Shown here piece after piece: positions 1 to 10,296 of a DNA stretch of 52,330 nt. This stretch comes from Oscillospiraceae bacterium (GTDB lineage: Bacteria > Bacillota > Clostridia > Oscillospirales > CAG-382): positions 1 to 52,330 of the forward strand of contig SVQR01000003.1 in the NCBI GenBank assembly GCA_015065225.1. The letters are read 5' to 3'. How positions within the stretch are numbered: the stretch's first letter is position 1; every line of letters begins with the position of its first letter. The position numbers and the translations under genes are program-made. The notes under the pieces are model-generated. The model saw only the letters and a list, made by a program, of their open reading frames with translations, was not told the origin of the DNA and did not search any database.

Positions 1-1
1 T

Positions 2-1054
2 GTGGGAAATTACATAATAAATATCGCAAAGAAGTTCGGCTGGAATGTTGAGATTAATAAGCAGGAGGTCTCCGGCAATGCCGTATGCATCACTATGAAC
101 AAGGATGCCGGGAAAGCTCCCGTCTGCTTATCCGGACATATCGACACGGTACATCCGAAAGGTCTTTTCGGTTATCCGCCGGTAAAGATAGACAGGGCTG
201 CAGGCAAAATATACGGTCCCGGTGTTGTTGACTGCAAGGGCGGTGTGGCATCTTCGCTTCTTGCTATGGCGGCACTTCGTGAATGTGGCTTTGACGAAAG
301 ACCGATAAAACTAATACTTCAATCTGACGAGGAGGTCTCCAGCATCACAAGCGGCAAATCCACGGTCAAGTTTATGGCAGACTGTGCAAAGGATTGCGTT
401 GCTTTCCTTAACGGTGAAGGGCACGACAAGGGCAAGGTCACAATTGAGCGTAAAGGCATCATAAGATACGTTATGGATATAACGGGCAAGGCGGCTCATT
501 CATCAAAGTGCTTTCAGGGTAAAAGCGCGATCCTTGAAGCGGCTCATAAGATCATCGAGCTTGAAGAAGGTCTCGGTGACGAATGGAAAAATGATGATGG
601 GATTACCTGCAACTGCGGTGTCATAAGCGGCGGTACGGTTGCAAATACCGTTCCCGAAAAATGCAGTGTTCTGGTCGATATAAGATACAAAACAAAGGAA
701 CAGCTTGAAGCAGTGCAAAAAAGAGTAAAGGAGATCGCAGAGAAGTCTTACATTGAGGGTACGACCTGTGAGCTTTCCGTAAAGAGCCAAAGAGTCAGCA
801 TGGAGATATGTGAAAAGAATGAGGCTCTATTTGAAAGAATAAACGAGATCTTCGCTGCAAACGGACTTATGCCTGTGGCAAAAAATAAAGGTGCGGGCGG
901 CTCGGATGCCTCTGATATGACCTCCTACGGAATACCTACACTTGATAATTTCGGTTCATACGGCGGAAGTATACATTCAAAGGACGAATGGGCGTGGCTT
1001 GATTCTGTCGCATATTCAGCGAAGATGCTTGCGGCAATCGCTATAGAGATTTGA
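2..1054 (+). CDS. M20-family metallopeptidase/amidohydrolase (ArgE/DapE/carboxypeptidase G2-like), probably 5'-truncated by the window edge
   Basis: Motifs GHIDTV, GPGVVDCKGG, SDEEV, GKAAHSS, GGSDA and C-terminal GGSIHS (M20 metal ligands); ORF is open at the window start. Confidence 0.9.
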   Translation: MGNYIINIAKKFGWNVEINKQEVSGNAVCITMNKDAGKAPVCLSGHIDTVHPKGLFGYPPVKIDRAAGKIYGPGVVDCKGGVASSLLAMAALRECGFDERPIKLILQSDEEVSSITSGKSTVKFMADCAKDCVAFLNGEGHDKGKVTIERKGIIRYVMDITGKAAHSSKCFQGKSAILEAAHKIIELEEGLGDEWKNDDGITCNCGVISGGTVANTVPEKCSVLVDIRYKTKEQLEAVQKRVKEIAEKSYIEGTTCELSVKSQRVSMEICEKNEALFERINEIFAANGLMPVAKNKGAGGSDASDMTSYGIPTLDNFGSYGGSIHSKDEWAWLDSVAYSAKMLAAIAIEI

Positions 1055-1120
1055 TATGTAATGGATGGGGAAAGCTTTATTTCCCTCATTTTGCATTTTT
1101 AAAAAAGGGAGACTATTCAA

Positions 1121-2194
1121 ATGAATATAAATACTACAGCAATACGCTCCGGTTACGACGGCAAAAAGTGTTTTGTCCACGCAAGATTCTGCGAAGCACC
1201 CGGATTCCTTATCGCAACGGCACAGCATCTTGATGTTACGGGGTGCGATATGTTTGACGGTATATATTCTTCAAAGAGCTATGACGGCGGTAAAGCGTGG
1301 ACAGAGTTCGCTCCGGAGCCCGGGCTTGCCGCAATACACAATAAAGAATATACGGTCGTCGGATGTGACGGCACTCCCATGTACCACAAAAAGACAGGCA
1401 AAGTGATAATTACAGGTAGTATGGCAGAGTACGATAAGAACGGAAAGAGACCTGCTGTCAGAGTGAGAAGCACATGGTACAGTGTTTATGATGAGGAAAA
1501 AGGATGCTTCTCAAAAATAAAGTTTATCAAAATGCCCGAAACTGTCACGGACAGCGGAAATGGCTGCGGACAGTCGTGGGAGCTTCCGAGCGGCGAACTG
1601 CTCATACCGATCTATATGAAAAAGTCGTCAGGCAGGTATTCATCGGTGGTCATGCGATGCTCATTTGACGGAGAGAATATAGAGCTTGTCGAGATGGGAA
1701 ACGAGCTTGCCCTGGATATTGCGAGAGGGGCATACGAGCCTTCGATATTTTACCATAAAGGTACATATTATCTTACAATGAGAAACGACGAATGTGCACT
1801 GTGGTCAAAGAGTAGTGACGGACTAAACTATAAGGAAATGCACTTTTGGTCATGGGACGACGGAAGCATTCTTCAGAGCTACAACACCCAACAGCACTTC
1901 ATGACGGTCGGTGATGAGCTGTATCTTGTTTACACAAGACGAGGTGCAAATAACGATCATGTATTCAGGCACAGAGCCCCGCTCTTTGCGGCAAAGGTCA
2001 ATGAAAAGACACAGCTTGTAAGGGACAGCGAGATCATAGTAGCACCCGAAAGAGGAGCAAGACTTGGCAACTTCTGTGCGTATACCATGAATGACGGCAG
2101 AGGTGCCGTTATGGCGGCGGAATGGATGCAGCCTATAGGCTGTGAAAAATACGGCAGCGACAATTCGATATTCCTTTCCTTTATCGGAAAGTAA
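1121..2194 (+). CDS. BNR/Asp-box (sialidase-fold) beta-propeller protein, no signal peptide
   Basis: Asp-box-like SYDGGKAW and SSDGLNY; RGAYEPS and FRHRAPL motifs; SD-like AGGGAG upstream. Confidence 0.7.
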   Translation: MNINTTAIRSGYDGKKCFVHARFCEAPGFLIATAQHLDVTGCDMFDGIYSSKSYDGGKAWTEFAPEPGLAAIHNKEYTVVGCDGTPMYHKKTGKVIITGSMAEYDKNGKRPAVRVRSTWYSVYDEEKGCFSKIKFIKMPETVTDSGNGCGQSWELPSGELLIPIYMKKSSGRYSSVVMRCSFDGENIELVEMGNELALDIARGAYEPSIFYHKGTYYLTMRNDECALWSKSSDGLNYKEMHFWSWDDGSILQSYNTQQHFMTVGDELYLVYTRRGANNDHVFRHRAPLFAAKVNEKTQLVRDSEIIVAPERGARLGNFCAYTMNDGRGAVMAAEWMQPIGCEKYGSDNSIFLSFIGK

Positions 2195-2212
2195 GGAAAT
2201 TTTGGTGATAAT

Positions 2213-3520
2213 ATGAAAAAATATGATGCAATAGTGGTAGGCGGAGGCTTTGCAGGTGTATGTGCCGCAATTTCTGTTGCAAGAAGCGGACTTCGGGTCC
2301 TTATAGCCGACAAAGGAAACTGTCTTGGCGGTACGTGTACCCAGGGACTTGTTACTCCCTTTATGCCAAACTCTACCACCGTTAACGGCGAGAGAGAGGT
2401 CTTCAGCTACGGAATATTCCGTGAAATCGCCGAGGCTCTTATGGAAAGAGAAAAAGAGACCCTTCGTGAACATCACGGTGACAAGGCTGATGATTTCAGA
2501 TATGTTTATACCAGCAATTATCTTATAGATGATGAATATTTGAAATTCCATCTCAATAATATGATGAAGGAAAACGGCGTTGATATTCTGTTCCACGCTT
2601 TTCTTACCTCTGCAAACAAGGAAGGAAATCGTGTGCGAAGTGTCGTTTTTGCAACAAAGTCAGGCAATATTGAAATTGAAGCAGACTACTTTATAGATGC
2701 CTCCGGTGATGCCGACCTTGCGTATCTTTGTGATTGCCCCATGGAGCTCGGCAGAAAAGAGGACGGACTTTGCCAGCCTATGTCACTTGGCTTCAGAGTG
2801 GCTAACGTGGATATGGAAAAATTCCTTGTGCCGGGAAACGGCGACAGAATAAACAAGAGATTCAATGAGCTGAAGGCTCTCGGAAAGATAAAGAACCCAA
2901 ATAACAGCGTGCAGATTTTTCTCAATTGTGCAAAAAATACCGTTCATTTCAATTCCACAAGAGTAATAAAGCTCAATCCCGTTGATGCTTTTGACCTTTC
3001 AAGGGCGGAAATTCTGGCAAGAGAGCAGGTTTACGAGCTGTACGATTTTATGAAAGAGAATATCGACGGCTTCCAAAACAGCCGTGTTGTCAAAACGGCA
3101 TCGTCAATAGGCATAAGGGAAAGCCGCAGAATAGTCGGTGAATATGTGCTGACAGGGGAGGACCTTGTAAATTGCCGCATATTTGAGGACTCCATATGTG
3201 CGGGAAACTATGACCTTGATATACACAACCCAACCGGAGAGGGTGTAAGTCACCACTACTTTAGTCCCGGAGAATACTATACAATTCCCTACAGAAGTCT
3301 CTTGCCGAGGAATGCGGAAAATCTTGCCGTTGCGGGCAGATGTATATCCGCAACTCACGAAGCGCAGGCCTCCATAAGAATAATTGCTATCGTAAGCTGC
3401 CTCGGTGAAGCCGCGGGAAATGCCGTGGGTATTGCACATAAAAGCGGATGTGCGCTGAAGGATATAGACGTTTCGGCACTGCAGCAGCACCTTATAAAGC
3501 AAGGCGCAAGGCTTAAATAA
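2213..3520 (+). CDS. FAD-dependent oxidoreductase
   Basis: N-terminal VVGGGFAG Rossmann motif, IDASGDADLA, GIRESRRIVGEY, IPYRSLLP, AGRCISATH. Confidence 0.9.
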   Translation: MKKYDAIVVGGGFAGVCAAISVARSGLRVLIADKGNCLGGTCTQGLVTPFMPNSTTVNGEREVFSYGIFREIAEALMEREKETLREHHGDKADDFRYVYTSNYLIDDEYLKFHLNNMMKENGVDILFHAFLTSANKEGNRVRSVVFATKSGNIEIEADYFIDASGDADLAYLCDCPMELGRKEDGLCQPMSLGFRVANVDMEKFLVPGNGDRINKRFNELKALGKIKNPNNSVQIFLNCAKNTVHFNSTRVIKLNPVDAFDLSRAEILAREQVYELYDFMKENIDGFQNSRVVKTASSIGIRESRRIVGEYVLTGEDLVNCRIFEDSICAGNYDLDIHNPTGEGVSHHYFSPGEYYTIPYRSLLPRNAENLAVAGRCISATHEAQASIRIIAIVSCLGEAAGNAVGIAHKSGCALKDIDVSALQQHLIKQGARLK

Positions 3521-3531
3521 AGGTGACTGTT

Positions 3532-4185
3532 ATGAACAAAAAACTGAAAATAATAGCATTCGGTGACAGCCTTACCGCAGGAAACGCGATAGGCGGCGAA
3601 TTTGAGAATTGGACGGAAATTATAGCAAGAGAGCACAACGTCGATGTAGTAAACGCAGGTGTCGGCGGAGACACAACATACCTTGCAATGCAAAGATTTT
3701 GTAAGGATGTATTGGGAAAGAAGCCTGATATCGTGTTTATAAATTTCGGAATGAACGACCATTTGCTCAGTAAAGAGGGCAGAAGGTATACGCAGATTTC
3801 CGATTTTGAAAAGAATATCTGCTGTTTTATAGACGAGCTCGAAAAAATCGGCGCGAGGGCGGTGCTTGTCACACCCAACTATTTTTTAGAGGGGAACGAA
3901 AGCGAATATTATTATTCCCGTCATAACGAAAAAGACTATGAAAAATACGGTGGTGCCCTGGCACTGTTTGATGAATACACGGAAAAGCTTCGTGAGATTG
4001 CAAGGTATAAGAATGTCGCTCTTGTCGATATAAGAAAGGAATGCGAGAAATATAATCCGTATGATTTTTTGAGAACGGCAGAAAACTGTAATGCCAATGA
4101 CGGTGTTCACCCCGGGCGTGTCGGAGTCAGAGCTTATGCCGATCTTTTGGGTGAGTATATCGAAAAAATTTATATTAAAAAGTAA
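3532..4185 (+). CDS. SGNH/GDSL hydrolase (esterase)
   Basis: Blocks FGDSLT, NAGVGG, FGMND, DGVHP; ATG at 3532 after AAGGTG preferred to GTG at 3523. Confidence 0.9.
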   Translation: MNKKLKIIAFGDSLTAGNAIGGEFENWTEIIAREHNVDVVNAGVGGDTTYLAMQRFCKDVLGKKPDIVFINFGMNDHLLSKEGRRYTQISDFEKNICCFIDELEKIGARAVLVTPNYFLEGNESEYYYSRHNEKDYEKYGGALALFDEYTEKLREIARYKNVALVDIRKECEKYNPYDFLRTAENCNANDGVHPGRVGVRAYADLLGEYIEKIYIKK

Positions 4186-4200
4186 ATATCTCAAAAAACG

Positions 4201-4275
4201 GGGGCTGTGGCGAAATAAACGGCTGCAGCCCCTAAAAAATCGACGTACCTCCAAATAAAGGAGGTACGCCTTTTT
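4201..4275. terminator. Two hairpins between convergent genes; the second is followed by a T-run
   Basis: GGGGCTG 4201/CAGCCCC ending 4232; CGTACCTCC 4244-4252/GGAGGTACG 4260-4268 then TTTTT. Confidence 0.7.
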
Positions 4276-4284
4276 CGTTTTTAA

Positions 4285-5772
4285 TCAGTATTTGAGTTTT
4301 ATCATATTCCACGAATGCTTCTTCAGTTTCACCGAATGCACGGTTTTTTTGCCCTTGCATACCTCAACATTTATAGGAGCAATTCTTTCTTCTTCGGCAC
4401 TGTTTGTCGCAAGAAGATCATCGCTGTAAAGCATAATGTGCTCCGTAATTTCACATTCACCGAAGTTTTCAAATGTAAGCTCGACTTCCATATCTTCCGA
4501 AAGATTTCTGTTTACCGCAAAGATGTGAAGCTCTCTCTTTTCTTCATCGTTTATAACGGAGGTCTCAATGTAAGGAACTTCATTTGCAAAGGAGGTCTTG
4601 TAAGAATCACACTTTGTAATCGTATTCATAACTGTACCTCTGCCGAAGTTTGAGCCGTACATAAAGGGATAGAATATGGTCTGACACCATGCCTTGCCGC
4701 CGGGCTCTGTCATGATGGGAGCTATGACGTTTACAAGCTGTGCGAGACACGCCATCTTTACTCTGTCACAGTTGTTCTGTAAGGTCATCAGCATACAGCC
4801 CAGAAGAAGCGCATCGCCGAAGTTGTAAATGTCTTCGTTTACCCTACATATCTCTTTCCAGTCCTTTCCGCGCCTTTGGGGATCATGATACCATAAGTTC
4901 CATTCATCAAAGGAAAGATTTATTGTTTTCTTTGAATGCTTCTTTGCTTTGACGGCATCACATATTGATTTTACTCCCTGAATAAATTCATTCATCTGGA
5001 CACTTCTTCCGAGAAATTCGGCATCATTGCCGTCATTGCCGTAGTAGGTATGTAGAGATATATAATCCACATTGTTGTAGGCGTGATTAAGAACAGTCCA
5101 TTCCCATTCGCCGAAGGTGTTGATATTGTAACCGGAGCTTCCGCAAAGTACAAGCTCTATGGTGCTGTCTGCCCATTTCATGAGCTTTGCACTTTCAAGG
5201 GCTACTCTGCCGTATTCCTCGGCTGTTTTATGACATATCTGCCACGGACCGTCCATTTCGTTTCCGAGACACCATACTTTAATATCGTGCGGCTTATCGT
5301 AGCCGTTTTCTTTTCTCATTTTAGCGTACTTTGTATCACCGTCAAAGTTGCAGTATTCAACGAGATTTCTCGCATCGTCAGCACCTCTTGTTCCGAGGTT
5401 TACCGCCATCATGACATCGGTATCCGCTTTCTTTGCCCATGTGCAGAATTCGTCTGTGCCGAATTGGTTGGTTTCCGTTGTAAACCAGGCAAGCTCCTGT
5501 CTTTTCGGTCTCTTTTCCTTCGGACCTACACCGTCTTCCCAATTATAGCCCGATACAAAGTTTCCGCCGGGGTATCTTACTATCGGTACATTCAGCTTTT
5601 TAACAAGTTCTATAACGTCCTGCCTGAAGCCGTCTTTGTCGGCTGTGGGGTGATCAGGCTCGTATATGCCTGTATATACGGCACGTCCGATATGCTCTAT
5701 AAATGAGCCGTAAAGCCTCGGATCGACTTTGCCGACGGTGTAATTTTTATTTATGATTATTTCAGCTTTCAT
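4285..5772 (-). CDS. abfA: Alpha-L-arabinofuranosidase, GH51
   Basis: GSFIEHIGRAVY, RYPGGNF, WCLGNEMDGPWQ (acid/base), SFDEWNLWY (nucleophile), AQLVNVIAPI. Confidence 0.95.
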   Translation of the reverse strand: MKAEIIINKNYTVGKVDPRLYGSFIEHIGRAVYTGIYEPDHPTADKDGFRQDVIELVKKLNVPIVRYPGGNFVSGYNWEDGVGPKEKRPKRQELAWFTTETNQFGTDEFCTWAKKADTDVMMAVNLGTRGADDARNLVEYCNFDGDTKYAKMRKENGYDKPHDIKVWCLGNEMDGPWQICHKTAEEYGRVALESAKLMKWADSTIELVLCGSSGYNINTFGEWEWTVLNHAYNNVDYISLHTYYGNDGNDAEFLGRSVQMNEFIQGVKSICDAVKAKKHSKKTINLSFDEWNLWYHDPQRRGKDWKEICRVNEDIYNFGDALLLGCMLMTLQNNCDRVKMACLAQLVNVIAPIMTEPGGKAWCQTIFYPFMYGSNFGRGTVMNTITKCDSYKTSFANEVPYIETSVINDEEKRELHIFAVNRNLSEDMEVELTFENFGECEITEHIMLYSDDLLATNSAEEERIAPINVEVCKGKKTVHSVKLKKHSWNMIKLKY

Positions 5773-5803
5773 TTTTTGGATCCTCCTTTTTCGAGTTTAC
5801 CTC

Positions 5804-5832
5804 ATTATAAACCCTTGACAAACAAAAGTCAA
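5804..5832 (-). promoter_or_regulatory. Sigma-A promoter for the GH51 gene
   Basis: Minus strand TTGACT-17 bp-TATAAT. Confidence 0.8.
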
Positions 5833-5871
5833 CATTTTTATTGTTTTAAAAATCAAAAATATGATTTACAC

Positions 5872-5900
5872 TTGACAATACAAGCAACGGAATATATAAT
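5872..5900 (+). promoter_or_regulatory. Sigma-A promoter for the GH31 gene
   Basis: Perfect TTGACA-17 bp-TATAAT; AGGAGG SD before ATG 5936. Confidence 0.85.
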
Positions 5901-5935
5901 GGAATATAGAAAACTGTTTTACAGGAGGAGACTCA

Positions 5936-8092
5936 ATGCTAATTATAAAAAATCTCGGAAACGGCATATACCATATAAATGAAGGTGATTCCGATCGCAG
6001 TATGCTGTACCGTTACGGTATCTTAAAAAGGGACTGCGAGATGGAAAAGGATGACATCTGCACAACAGAGGATGAGAGAGTAAAGCTTATCGCAAAAAGA
6101 GAAGTGGAAATATCCGCAGAAAAGAAAGAGACGCATATACGTCTGACAATTCCCATGTCGGAAAATGAACGCTTCTTCGGAATGGGAGATGCCACAAGAA
6201 AGGCATTGCAGATGCGCGGCATGAAGATAGATGTCGAGATAAAGAATGTCGTAGGCTACGGTCCCATGCCGATATTCATGAGTACGGACGGCTGGGCGTT
6301 CATACTCAACTGTACATATCGCAGTGTATTCAACTTCGGAGAAAAGGATAAGGACACTCTTACCGTTGATATTCTCGGCGGCGATATAGATTATTACCTT
6401 ATAGTCGGCGACAGCATGAAGACACTTCTTTCAAAGATCACGGATGTCACAGGAAAACCCATGATGCTCCCGAAGTTCGCTTACGGTCTTACATTCGTTC
6501 AGAACGAACAGACGGATGCAAGAAGCCTTCTCTGGGATATACGCACCATTCGTGACAGGAACATCCCTTGTGATACCATGGGACTTGAGCCGAACTGGAT
6601 GGAAAAGCATTATGATTTTTCGGTGGATAAAAAGTGGAACAAGGAAAAATTTTACCTGCCGCATTGGCTTCCGGAGAATCAGTCGGATCATTTTTCCTTC
6701 TTCTATCCCATGAGGAAAATGGGGATGCAGCTCAGCCTCTGGCTCTGCGAGGATTACGATCTTTTCTATGCCGAGGACAAGAACCTTGAAAAGAAGGAAG
6801 AGTACCAATTCGATGAGGATGCGGTGATTCTTGACGCAAACTTTTCCTCCGGTGTCAGGATTGATACTGTTACAAAGCCGGAAGAGCCGTGGTTTGACCA
6901 TCTCAAAAAGTTTGTGGATAACGGAGCAAACGCCTTCAAGCTTGACGGCTGTACCCAGGTACTTTCTCACAGCGACAGACTCTGGGGCGGAAAGTATTTT
7001 GACAATGAAGTACATAATGTGTATCCTGTTATACTTGCAAAGCAGATGACGATGGGCTTCCGTGACTATACGGACAGACGACTTCTGCTTTATACCGCAG
7101 GAGCATTTACGGGAACTCAGCAGTACGCCGCTACATGGGCAGGGGATACCGGAGGCGGTCCGAAGACCGTGACATCCCTTCTCAACTATGCAATGTGCGG
7201 ACACTCAAATACATCCTGTGATATAGACGTAGATCCTGCGGGACTTCATTACGGATTTTTGCTTCCCTGGTCACAGTATTTCTGCTGGGCTAACTGGAAG
7301 TATCCGTGGTTTATGGGTGAGACAATCGAGGACATGGTGAGATACTATTCAAATCTCCGTTCATCGCTTATTCCCTACATCTACACCATGGCACACAAGG
7401 CCTACGAAACGGGACTTCCCGTGATGCGTCCTCTTCCTCTTATGTTTGAAGATACCGACCGATTTGACGGCACAAATAACGCCTATATGCTCGGCGACAA
7501 CTTCTATGTGGGTGTATTCAACATGGATCTGAAGCTTCCGGACGGAAAATGGATAGACTACTTCACGGATGAAGTATATGAGGGTGATTTCACCTACAAT
7601 ATTCCCGAAGGCAGAGGCGGTGCCCTGTTTGTAAAGGAAGGAAGCGTTATTGTGACCATGAAGCCGCAGAAGTATGTGCTTGAAAAACAGCATGATTATG
7701 TGGTAAAGGTATATCCCGGCAAAGATTCTTCTTTTGCACTCTTTGAGGATGACGGTTTCACATATGACTACGAAAATGGTATATATGCAGAAACAATTAT
7801 AGAAACAAGAAACAGTACCGAAAACGGCTTTGAGCTTGTCATAAATCCGAGAAAGGGTACATTCCAAGGTCGTCCCGACAACGGTCATGACATGAAGAGA
7901 AACTCTGTTCCGGAGATAAAGGGTATACAGCCCGAAAAAAACATGACGGTGGAGATACACGGCAGAAAGCCGCAGAGCATTACGGTAAACGGTGAGGTCG
8001 TTCCCTTTGAATATGACGGAAAAAGTGCCGTGTTTACCGCAAAGACCTCGGAAAGAGCAGATAATGCGCTTACATTCAAAATAACATATTAA
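5936..8092 (+). CDS. GH31-family glycoside hydrolase (alpha-glucosidase/xylosidase-like)
   Basis: TGKPMMLPKFAYG, FKLDG (nucleophile position), HNVYP, WAGDTG (acid/base), LIPYIYT, GLPVMRPL, FEDDGFTYDY. Confidence 0.88.
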   Translation: MLIIKNLGNGIYHINEGDSDRSMLYRYGILKRDCEMEKDDICTTEDERVKLIAKREVEISAEKKETHIRLTIPMSENERFFGMGDATRKALQMRGMKIDVEIKNVVGYGPMPIFMSTDGWAFILNCTYRSVFNFGEKDKDTLTVDILGGDIDYYLIVGDSMKTLLSKITDVTGKPMMLPKFAYGLTFVQNEQTDARSLLWDIRTIRDRNIPCDTMGLEPNWMEKHYDFSVDKKWNKEKFYLPHWLPENQSDHFSFFYPMRKMGMQLSLWLCEDYDLFYAEDKNLEKKEEYQFDEDAVILDANFSSGVRIDTVTKPEEPWFDHLKKFVDNGANAFKLDGCTQVLSHSDRLWGGKYFDNEVHNVYPVILAKQMTMGFRDYTDRRLLLYTAGAFTGTQQYAATWAGDTGGGPKTVTSLLNYAMCGHSNTSCDIDVDPAGLHYGFLLPWSQYFCWANWKYPWFMGETIEDMVRYYSNLRSSLIPYIYTMAHKAYETGLPVMRPLPLMFEDTDRFDGTNNAYMLGDNFYVGVFNMDLKLPDGKWIDYFTDEVYEGDFTYNIPEGRGGALFVKEGSVIVTMKPQKYVLEKQHDYVVKVYPGKDSSFALFEDDGFTYDYENGIYAETIIETRNSTENGFELVINPRKGTFQGRPDNGHDMKRNSVPEIKGIQPEKNMTVEIHGRKPQSITVNGEVVPFEYDGKSAVFTAKTSERADNALTFKITY

Positions 8093-8097
8093 ACGAA

Positions 8098-8135
8098 AAC
8101 AGGGGAAAGCAATGTTGCCTTCCTCTGTTCTTTTT
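8098..8135 (+). terminator. Intrinsic terminator of the GH31 gene
   Basis: AACAGGGGAAAGCAA/TTGCCTTCCTCTGTT imperfect stem followed by TTTTT. Confidence 0.7.
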
Positions 8136-8151
8136 GTGTGTTCAAAAGCTC

Positions 8152-8181
8152 CCGACACAGCCGTAATAATAGCTATGTCGG
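8152..8181 (-). terminator. Hairpin, probable terminator of the GH127-like gene
   Basis: Minus strand CCGACATAGC/GCTGTGTCGG stem (one G-U) with a short T-run downstream. Confidence 0.55.
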
Positions 8182-8192
8182 AAAATATATTA

Positions 8193-10223
8193 TCAGATAA
8201 ATACCGTATATCTGTATTCCTTATATTCCTCAGTATCGCTTGCAGAAGCAAAATCGCACATCTTTACTGTGAAGTTCTCGTATTTTTCGTTTTTTGAAGT
8301 AAAGGAAAGCTCATAGGCGCAGAGAGTATCTTCAACTTCAAGGGGGACTGCTTTTACGGAATAATTTTTGCCGAAAACAGTATTTTGTGCTTTGATATCC
8401 TCAATCGTTGCACCAAGCTCAAGTGTTCTTGCAAGTAAAACAGGACCGATAAAGACCGTTGCATGAGGTTTGTCTATCATTGTATCAAGCTGTATCTTTT
8501 CCGCAGATATATATCTTTGCAGCATATATGGACTTGTGGGATAGAAAGCAAAGTTGTAGTTTTTTTCAATAAGTCTCGGAGTGTTGTCGAAATGAACCGT
8601 TATTTCGCTCTCACCGTTTTGGAGAGGAAGTGCAAAGTAGTATCCGCACTCATTAAGTGCGTATGTCTTTCCGTTTGCTGTCACTACGGTATATTTTGAC
8701 CATTCGGGGATTCTCAGCTTTAATGTAGGTGTTATTCTTGAACCGAGCTCTGCATTAACTTTAAGTTTAACCTTGCATTCTTTAAGATAGCCTTCGGATA
8801 TTTCAACGCTTACAGTGTCTTTGCCCGTCGGATGTACGGTAGCCTTTGCGGGAGTGTAGAAGTTTACCATAACTTCGCCTTCTCCTGCACTTAAAATATT
8901 TTCGGATATATTAAAGAAGCCTCTTGGCATATTGTTTACACAGCAGTGGTTCTTTGTAAAGCCTGCCTGAAGATGTACGAAAAGATGTGTGTCTGCGGCT
9001 CTTACACCTCTTGCACCCCATTTTCCGTCTCTCGTTACACCGGGAAGGAAGCAGTTTATAAAGCCGAGTTCCGCGTAGTCAAGGTATCTTGCTTCGCCTG
9101 TCAGTCTGTGAAGCTCTGTTGCAAGTCTCATAAAGTGAATAACGTCGCAAAGCTCGGAAATGGCATTCTGGTATTTTACGGCGTTCATAAACTTGTCATT
9201 GAAGCCTACGGAACCGAAAAGATTAAGTTCATCTCTTACAAGAAGTTCAAAGTAGTTCTTTGTTGCTTTAAGGTATCTTTCTTCGCCTGTGATTCTGTAA
9301 AGCTCTAAAAGTCCGTCAAAGCAGGACTGCATTTCATATACTTTACCTGAATATTCAACATCCGTTTCAGTTACGTCAAAAACAGGACTTCCTTCCGGAA
9401 GCAGAGGATTGTATTTTGATTTCGGCACAATGCGTGCGGGAATTTCGCCCCAGGTGTGAATGGGAATCATATTCAGAGCGCAGGGGATAAGCTTCGTACT
9501 GCAGGTATCCTCATCCTCCCACTGGGATGCGATTTCAAGAGCAAAGTCAAGATACTTTTTGTTTCCGGTAATTCTGTAAAGGATAAGCACGGGCTTCATA
9601 ATCGAAGCTGAAGCCTGACCGTAGAACATACCCGTCTCACAGATTCTTGCACCCATATCGTGAAGCATATCTATCATCTGATTAAGTGACTTTTCCGCAG
9701 ATTCAAGTATTTTACCGTCATTTGTGACCTCAAAGGCTTCAACAAGTGCCCAGATAATATATTTTCTGCACCAGATATTCCACGTCCAGTCACAGGGCCA
9801 GCCTCTCATTTGTCTGCCTATTTTTGGCGAAACTCTGAAAAGCTGTTTTTCGTTCTTGTATGTTCCGAGATAGCCGTCTTCTCTTTGGTGGGAGATTACT
9901 CTGTAACAGCTTTCCTTTATAAATTTCAAAAGTTCTTTGTCACCGCAATATTTATATGCACGGCAGGCGGAAATCATCTGTTTTCCCCAGAATTCTCCCT
10001 GCCAGATACCTATTGGAGGCTCTGCGTCGTCAGCCATTGTATCAAAGGCACTTTCCGCTTCACCGAAAACTTCGTTTTGAGCATATTCGCCGGAAAGTCT
10101 TTCGTATATTACTCTGTCGAGCTTTTCGCCTATACTTCCGAGAAGCTTTGTCTCGGAAAGCTTTGATGGTTCATATGCGTTTTTTACTTTGTATTCTACC
10201 TTATACATAACATTCTCCTCCAT
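8193..10223 (-). CDS. GH127/GH146-like beta-L-arabinofuranosidase-type glycosidase
   Basis: WQGEFWGK, HQREDGYLG, LLELYRITG, SELC and HCCVNN (Zn/Cys ligands typical of GH127), LRIPEWS. Confidence 0.8.
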   Translation of the reverse strand: MEENVMYKVEYKVKNAYEPSKLSETKLLGSIGEKLDRVIYERLSGEYAQNEVFGEAESAFDTMADDAEPPIGIWQGEFWGKQMISACRAYKYCGDKELLKFIKESCYRVISHQREDGYLGTYKNEKQLFRVSPKIGRQMRGWPCDWTWNIWCRKYIIWALVEAFEVTNDGKILESAEKSLNQMIDMLHDMGARICETGMFYGQASASIMKPVLILYRITGNKKYLDFALEIASQWEDEDTCSTKLIPCALNMIPIHTWGEIPARIVPKSKYNPLLPEGSPVFDVTETDVEYSGKVYEMQSCFDGLLELYRITGEERYLKATKNYFELLVRDELNLFGSVGFNDKFMNAVKYQNAISELCDVIHFMRLATELHRLTGEARYLDYAELGFINCFLPGVTRDGKWGARGVRAADTHLFVHLQAGFTKNHCCVNNMPRGFFNISENILSAGEGEVMVNFYTPAKATVHPTGKDTVSVEISEGYLKECKVKLKVNAELGSRITPTLKLRIPEWSKYTVVTANGKTYALNECGYYFALPLQNGESEITVHFDNTPRLIEKNYNFAFYPTSPYMLQRYISAEKIQLDTMIDKPHATVFIGPVLLARTLELGATIEDIKAQNTVFGKNYSVKAVPLEVEDTLCAYELSFTSKNEKYENFTVKMCDFASASDTEEYKEYRYTVFI

Positions 10224-10296
10224 ATATGCTTGGTTATATTTTATAATATCTCAAAGCTGTTGTCTATGGTCTAAAAGTATTAGTTTTGTGGTGTTT

